64,000 nucleotides of DNA from Dehalococcoidia bacterium. Its GTDB lineage: Bacteria > Chloroflexota > Dehalococcoidia > Lucifugimonadales > G963668185. The notes beneath the pieces are model-generated. The model had not been told where the DNA came from, did not search any database, and saw nothing but the letters and a program-made list of their open reading frames with translations. Below are positions 60,157 to 64,000 of this stretch, piece after piece; position 1 is the stretch's first letter, and each line of letters opens with the position of its first letter. The stretch lies in assembly GCA_965261935.1 (NCBI GenBank), contig OZ253485.1, positions 1,573,173 to 1,637,172 on the forward strand, written 5' to 3'. A program made the translations under genes and the position numbers.

Positions 60157-61297
60157 AAATACAAAAGTTAATTTGCATGGACTAGCATCTAAACGTTTAA
60201 CGTCTATCTCTGATGCCATGATACCTAAGTTGGAGATTCAATCCATTTCGCAGCTCTTGCAACAATTCACTAGGCAGCAAGAATCGTTGCGAGCCTCATT
60301 TGGCCTTCTCGAGGATTTTCGACTTGCCCATCAACTTGACTACGCAATACCTAGAATGAGCGAATTGCTTGCATTAGAGCAGCAGTTCATATTGCCAGAC
60401 ATCACAGACACCTTGAATCTAATGGCTGAGGTCAACAAGCAGAATCAATTTGCATTGGCTGGGCTCTTTCAAGAGAAGTGGATGGATGACCTAAAAGGCC
60501 AAATTAGGAGTCTGCAGCATCCTTGGTTTGATGTTAAGAACCAAACTGAATCCATTAGTAGTTTGGCGGAGTTGCATGGCATTGGTCATGCCCTAAGTAA
60601 TACGGCGGCCTTTGATCCTGCTCTAACAGATGAGTTGAGATTCGATTTGGGCGATTGGCGAGGCAACATCACATGGCCAGCTGAGATTGCTGTTGATCCA
60701 CTTGCACGGATCTCCTTCTATGAGGAACGAGGCCTTGACTCGACCTTGACCGCGTTTCCTTATCCGGCATTTGAGGAGATTTTGTCCACCAGTGGCCTAA
60801 CGACAACGGATGTACCTATCGCGGACGAATACAATAGGATAACGGAAGACGAAGACGGCCAGTCTGACTTTGAGCGCACTAATCGGGCGCACGATTTGAT
60901 TCAGCGCTTTGAGACGCAAATCAGGAAGTATGTCGATGAGGCGATGGATATAAACATTGGACCGCATTGGATCACTCATCGGGTTCCTGAAGACATGAGA
61001 CTACAGTGGCTTCGAAAGCGTGAAAGTGCACTAGCTAGCGGAGAGCAGGAATGGCCACTGATCGTCTACGCGGATTTCTCCGACTACATTAAGATCATTG
61101 CTAGAAGAGATAATTGGAGGGACGTATTCGAACGAATCTTCACCCGCAAGGCGGACATTCAGGAATCATTTCGAAGACTATATCCTATACGTATATGCAC
61201 GATGCACTCACGCCCTATCACTCAGGACGACGAGTTGCTTCTCCACGTAGAGACGAAACGCATACTCAGTGCCATTGGGAACGAATTTCATGTCTGA
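60131..61297 (+). CDS. Swt1-like HEPN domain protein
   Basis: C-terminal FETQIR..., YADFSDY.KII.RRDNW and Rx4H (RICTMH) motifs; lower GC than the backbone. Confidence 0.8.
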   Translation: MEVKAMSAKNTKVNLHGLASKRLTSISDAMIPKLEIQSISQLLQQFTRQQESLRASFGLLEDFRLAHQLDYAIPRMSELLALEQQFILPDITDTLNLMAEVNKQNQFALAGLFQEKWMDDLKGQIRSLQHPWFDVKNQTESISSLAELHGIGHALSNTAAFDPALTDELRFDLGDWRGNITWPAEIAVDPLARISFYEERGLDSTLTAFPYPAFEEILSTSGLTTTDVPIADEYNRITEDEDGQSDFERTNRAHDLIQRFETQIRKYVDEAMDINIGPHWITHRVPEDMRLQWLRKRESALASGEQEWPLIVYADFSDYIKIIARRDNWRDVFERIFTRKADIQESFRRLYPIRICTMHSRPITQDDELLLHVETKRILSAIGNEFHV

Positions 61298-61386
61298 CTG
61301 TGGTAGGTGGTATGTAAGTGATTGCTCCCGCAGCCGCGCTTGGAAGGAAACCGGGGGCTTAATTGACTGAGAGTGTCCTGTGAGGA

Positions 61387-61803
61387 TTACCGCCTCCGCT
61401 GCCTCCTGGCGTCAATCTCGTCCAGCTTGTCGTTGACCTGCTTCCAGCGCCATCGTATTGGGGGTTCCAGGCGTTTCACGCCCTTGTACGGGTTCCCAGC
61501 CTTGACGATCTGAAACATGGGGATGCCGTGGCTCCGTGCGATGTCCGTTTCGACGATAACGCCGGGGGCGTCGTGAGTGTGCTCACCGATTAGAACGATA
61601 ACTACATCGCACTTGCGAATTGCCTCGCTCGCCTTCTTCACCCACTTGTCGTCAGGGTAGTCCTCCCTGAGCGAAGAGTTGACTACGCGATGGTTGGTGC
61701 GCGTCTTGGACTCTCCGAAGAACTCGTTCCTGAGAGTATGGTCCTTGTCGTACTCGAAGCTGGCAAAGATCTTGAGCGTAGGCAAGCGACGGTCCCTCCT
61801 CAT
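61387..61803 (-). CDS. TIR-like domain protein (MTH538/DUF1863, ThsB-like)
   Basis: IFASFEY.KD, I.KCDVVIVLIGEHT and GVIVE.DIA (conserved Glu). Likely TTG start at 61785. Confidence 0.8.
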   Translation of the reverse strand: MRRDRRLPTLKIFASFEYDKDHTLRNEFFGESKTRTNHRVVNSSLREDYPDDKWVKKASEAIRKCDVVIVLIGEHTHDAPGVIVETDIARSHGIPMFQIVKAGNPYKGVKRLEPPIRWRWKQVNDKLDEIDARRQRRR

Positions 61804-61895
61804 GGCAGCTTAACACTCGTGGCAGACGCGAGATATGACTCGTCAAGTGTTCGGACCGCCGTATTGTGTGGCGCTGTGGCGGTAGCTTGCGGCGC

Positions 61896-62294
61896 TTATT
61901 TGCGCAGGCGTATCCGATGCCCCTCCTTTGTGCGGCGGAGATTGAAAGAGCCGATGCAAAACTCGTTGCCCTCAGGGTCTGCCATCGTTACTCCCTCGCC
62001 TGGGCGAGGTCCGCTAAGTAAGCTCCCTCCCAGCGCTTCCACTCGGCGCACGGCCTCATCGACGTCGGCAACGAAGAAGCACATATGGCACCGGTTCTTG
62101 ACCAGCTTGGCCTCGGGTACCTTTTGAAGGACAAGCTGCGTATTCGAGCTCAAGGAGCCGACGGTCAGCTAACCGCCGCCACTTCGTCGCGGTCCGAGCT
62201 CCTCTCCCAATATGGCGCCCCAAAAGGCAGCCTCTTTCACGATGTCGTTCACATCAATCACCACTCTGCCGGTCTCCAAGACAACTCCCTGCAC
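61896..62294 (-). pseudogene. VOC/glyoxalase-family gene with one in-frame TAG
   Basis: GTG at 62294 after GGAGGT; VVIDVND...AAFW, TAG at 62169-62171, then KNRCH...DPEGNEFC. Confidence 0.8.
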
Positions 62295-62307
62295 CTACGT
62301 TCACCTC

Positions 62308-63042
62308 CTAGGTGTGAATCCGTTCCGCCAGCCTGGCTTCCAGCCGGAGCGCGGCGTCGAGCGGCATGTCGGCGCCGGACAGCAGCGCTTCCCTGGCGGC
62401 GGCGGCGGCGCGGGGATCGAGCTCGGCCAGCGCGAGTGCTGCCCGCTGAGTCTCCGCCGGTAGCCGGTCGCGCGGCACGACCCGGTGGACGAGGCCGACT
62501 CGCATAGCCTCGTCGGCGGTAACGGGTGCGTTGGAGAGCAGCATCTCGATTGCGGGGCCGACGCCAGCGTGGCGGGCCAGCGTCTGCGTGCCACCGGCGG
62601 CCGGGACGAGCGAGAGTCCGGTTTCCGGCATCCTGAACACGGCGTCATCGGACGCAATGCGTATGTCGCACAGGCACGCCATCTCAACGCCGGAGCCGAT
62701 GACGTGACCGTGAAGTGCGGCGACCGTCGGCTTGCGGAGCGACAGGAACAGGCCCCAGATGTCCCGCTCCCATCGGACGCGCCGGGCGACGGCTTGTGAC
62801 GGCGCCGTGCCGAACTCGGTCAGGTCGGCGCCCGCGCAGAAGCCCCTGTCGCCCGCACCTCGCAGAACTACCGACCTCACTTCCGGGTCGTCCCTGACGG
62901 CTTCGAGGGCGTCGTACAGGTCGTCGCGCATCTGCAGGTTGTAGGCGTTGACCACCTCCGGCCTGTTCAGCACGAGGTGGACAACCGGGCCAGCCTTCTG
63001 GAGGTCGACCGTCTCGAAGGCGGCATTGGGCGGGCTACTCAT
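62308..63042 (-). CDS. Enoyl-CoA hydratase/isomerase
   Basis: LNRPE..NA, FCAGADL, G.E...CD.R and PE...GGTQ motifs. Confidence 0.93.
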   Translation of the reverse strand: MSSPPNAAFETVDLQKAGPVVHLVLNRPEVVNAYNLQMRDDLYDALEAVRDDPEVRSVVLRGAGDRGFCAGADLTEFGTAPSQAVARRVRWERDIWGLFLSLRKPTVAALHGHVIGSGVEMACLCDIRIASDDAVFRMPETGLSLVPAAGGTQTLARHAGVGPAIEMLLSNAPVTADEAMRVGLVHRVVPRDRLPAETQRAALALAELDPRAAAAAREALLSGADMPLDAALRLEARLAERIHT

Positions 63043-63787
63043 CGCGGTATTCAGGCTGTCGGCGCTCTCTGAATGAGGCGATGCCTTTCTCGCGGTCGGC
63101 GGTGCCGTGGAGCATGAAGCTCAGGTCGGCCTCGAGGCGCAGGCCCTGGGCCAGCGTGAGGTCCTGGCCCTGCAGAACCGCCTCCTTGGCGTAGCGCTGG
63201 GCAGCAGGGCCGTGGGCCGCGAGCACTCCGGCGAGGGACATCGCGCGCTCGATTGCTTCTCCGGGGGCGACCGCCTTGTTGACGAGGCCGATGTGGAGTG
63301 CCTCGGCGCCGTCGATAAGTCGCCCCGTCAGTACGAGCTCGGTGGCGCGGCCTAGGCCGACGAGGCGGGGCAGCCGCTGGGTCCCGCCGTCCCAGGGGAC
63401 CAGGCCGCGGGTGATGTGGGTCAGGCCGAGCCGGGCGCGGCTCGAAGCGACGCGCAGGTCGCAGGCGAGCGCCAGCTCCAGTCCCTGGTCTATGGCGTCC
63501 CCGTTGATGGCGGCGATCACCGGTTTTGTAATCGAGGCTACGAGACCCGCAGCGCACAGGCGATTGAGCGCGTCACCGCCAGCGGGGGACTCAGTTTCCG
63601 TGCCTTCGCAGAAGGTTGCGCCCGCACCGGTGAGCACGACGACTCGGACGCCGTCATCGCGTTCTGCGTCGGCGCAGGCCTCCGCGAGACCAGCCGCCAT
63701 GCGCTCGTCCACACGGTTGCCGGCATGCGGGCGTACCAGCGTGATTTCGGCGATCCTGTCCTGGACTTCGAGCGTTACACTTGTCAT
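63035..63787 (-). CDS. Enoyl-CoA hydratase/isomerase
   Basis: KPVIAAING, GLELALACDLR and GGTQRLPRLVG motifs. Confidence 0.93.
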   Translation of the reverse strand: MTSVTLEVQDRIAEITLVRPHAGNRVDERMAAGLAEACADAERDDGVRVVVLTGAGATFCEGTETESPAGGDALNRLCAAGLVASITKPVIAAINGDAIDQGLELALACDLRVASSRARLGLTHITRGLVPWDGGTQRLPRLVGLGRATELVLTGRLIDGAEALHIGLVNKAVAPGEAIERAMSLAGVLAAHGPAAQRYAKEAVLQGQDLTLAQGLRLEADLSFMLHGTADREKGIASFRERRQPEYRDE

Positions 63788-63809
63788 CGAACAACCTGCC
63801 GCCTTGAGT

Positions 63810-64000
63810 TTACGCGTCGGGGCCCCATGCGGCCATACGACGCTCTATGTCTGCCAGGCGTGGAATCGCCTCGATGCCCTGGGCCTCTACGCTCAGCGAC
63901 GCCGCACATGATGCGAACGTTGCCGCCGCCATCGGCTCGGACATCTGCGCGTACCACACCAGGAACGCCGCCGCGAAGACGTCGCCGGCGCCGGTAGGGT
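63810..64000 (-). CDS. PfkB-family carbohydrate kinase (3' end only)
   Basis: Manual translation PTGAGDVFAAAFL...AASLSVE..G; TAA at 63810. Confidence 0.85.
   Translation of the reverse strand, partial: PTGAGDVFAAAFLVWYAQMSEPMAAATFASCAASLSVEAQGIEAIPRLADIERRMAAWGPDA

Noticed and set aside
61387-61803. Complete Thoeris system
   Set aside because: No SIR2/SLOG or Macro ThsA gene is adjacent.
62169-62171. Pyrrolysine readthrough
   Set aside because: No pyl genes in the window; a TGG-to-TAG change is the simpler explanation.

Overview
A 64 kb, GC-rich bacterial chromosome segment. The gene content and protein style (Met/Glu-rich family-5 binding lipoprotein, ccm cluster, FdhA/NuoG-like module) suggest Chloroflexota, Dehalococcoidia/SAR202-like; that assignment is inference. 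The backbone is housekeeping and catabolic: prfA, hisS, lipA, an RlmD-like methyltransferase, relA/spoT, gltA, mutS, serS, ccmF/ccmH, a NuoE/F/G-like module with Fpr, acyl-CoA genes and an Opp/Dpp transporter. Accessory DNA includes an IS66, a RAYT with REPs, an IS66-like MITE and two small foreign islets (integrase and HNH remnants; hsdS remnant with HEPN and TIR genes). No tRNA, rRNA or CRISPR array was seen. The most striking unexplained signal is a dispersed, apparently non-coding element in three copies (about 7.0-7.4 kb, 19.5-19.8 kb and 59.2-59.5 kb). Each copy has a sigma70-type promoter with a LexA-like box in its 17-bp spacer and a leaderless ATGAAC start. Downstream are about 7 helically phased GTC(T/A)CA repeats, a conserved CAGCTAYG core and three inverted repeats spaced exactly 10 bp apart. 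Other notable items: a DppB permease with an inserted Asp-box beta-propeller, a possible IS66-bounded unit carrying a binding-protein gene, a HEAT-repeat gene coupled to a sigma factor, and a catalytically degenerate FdhA-like complex.
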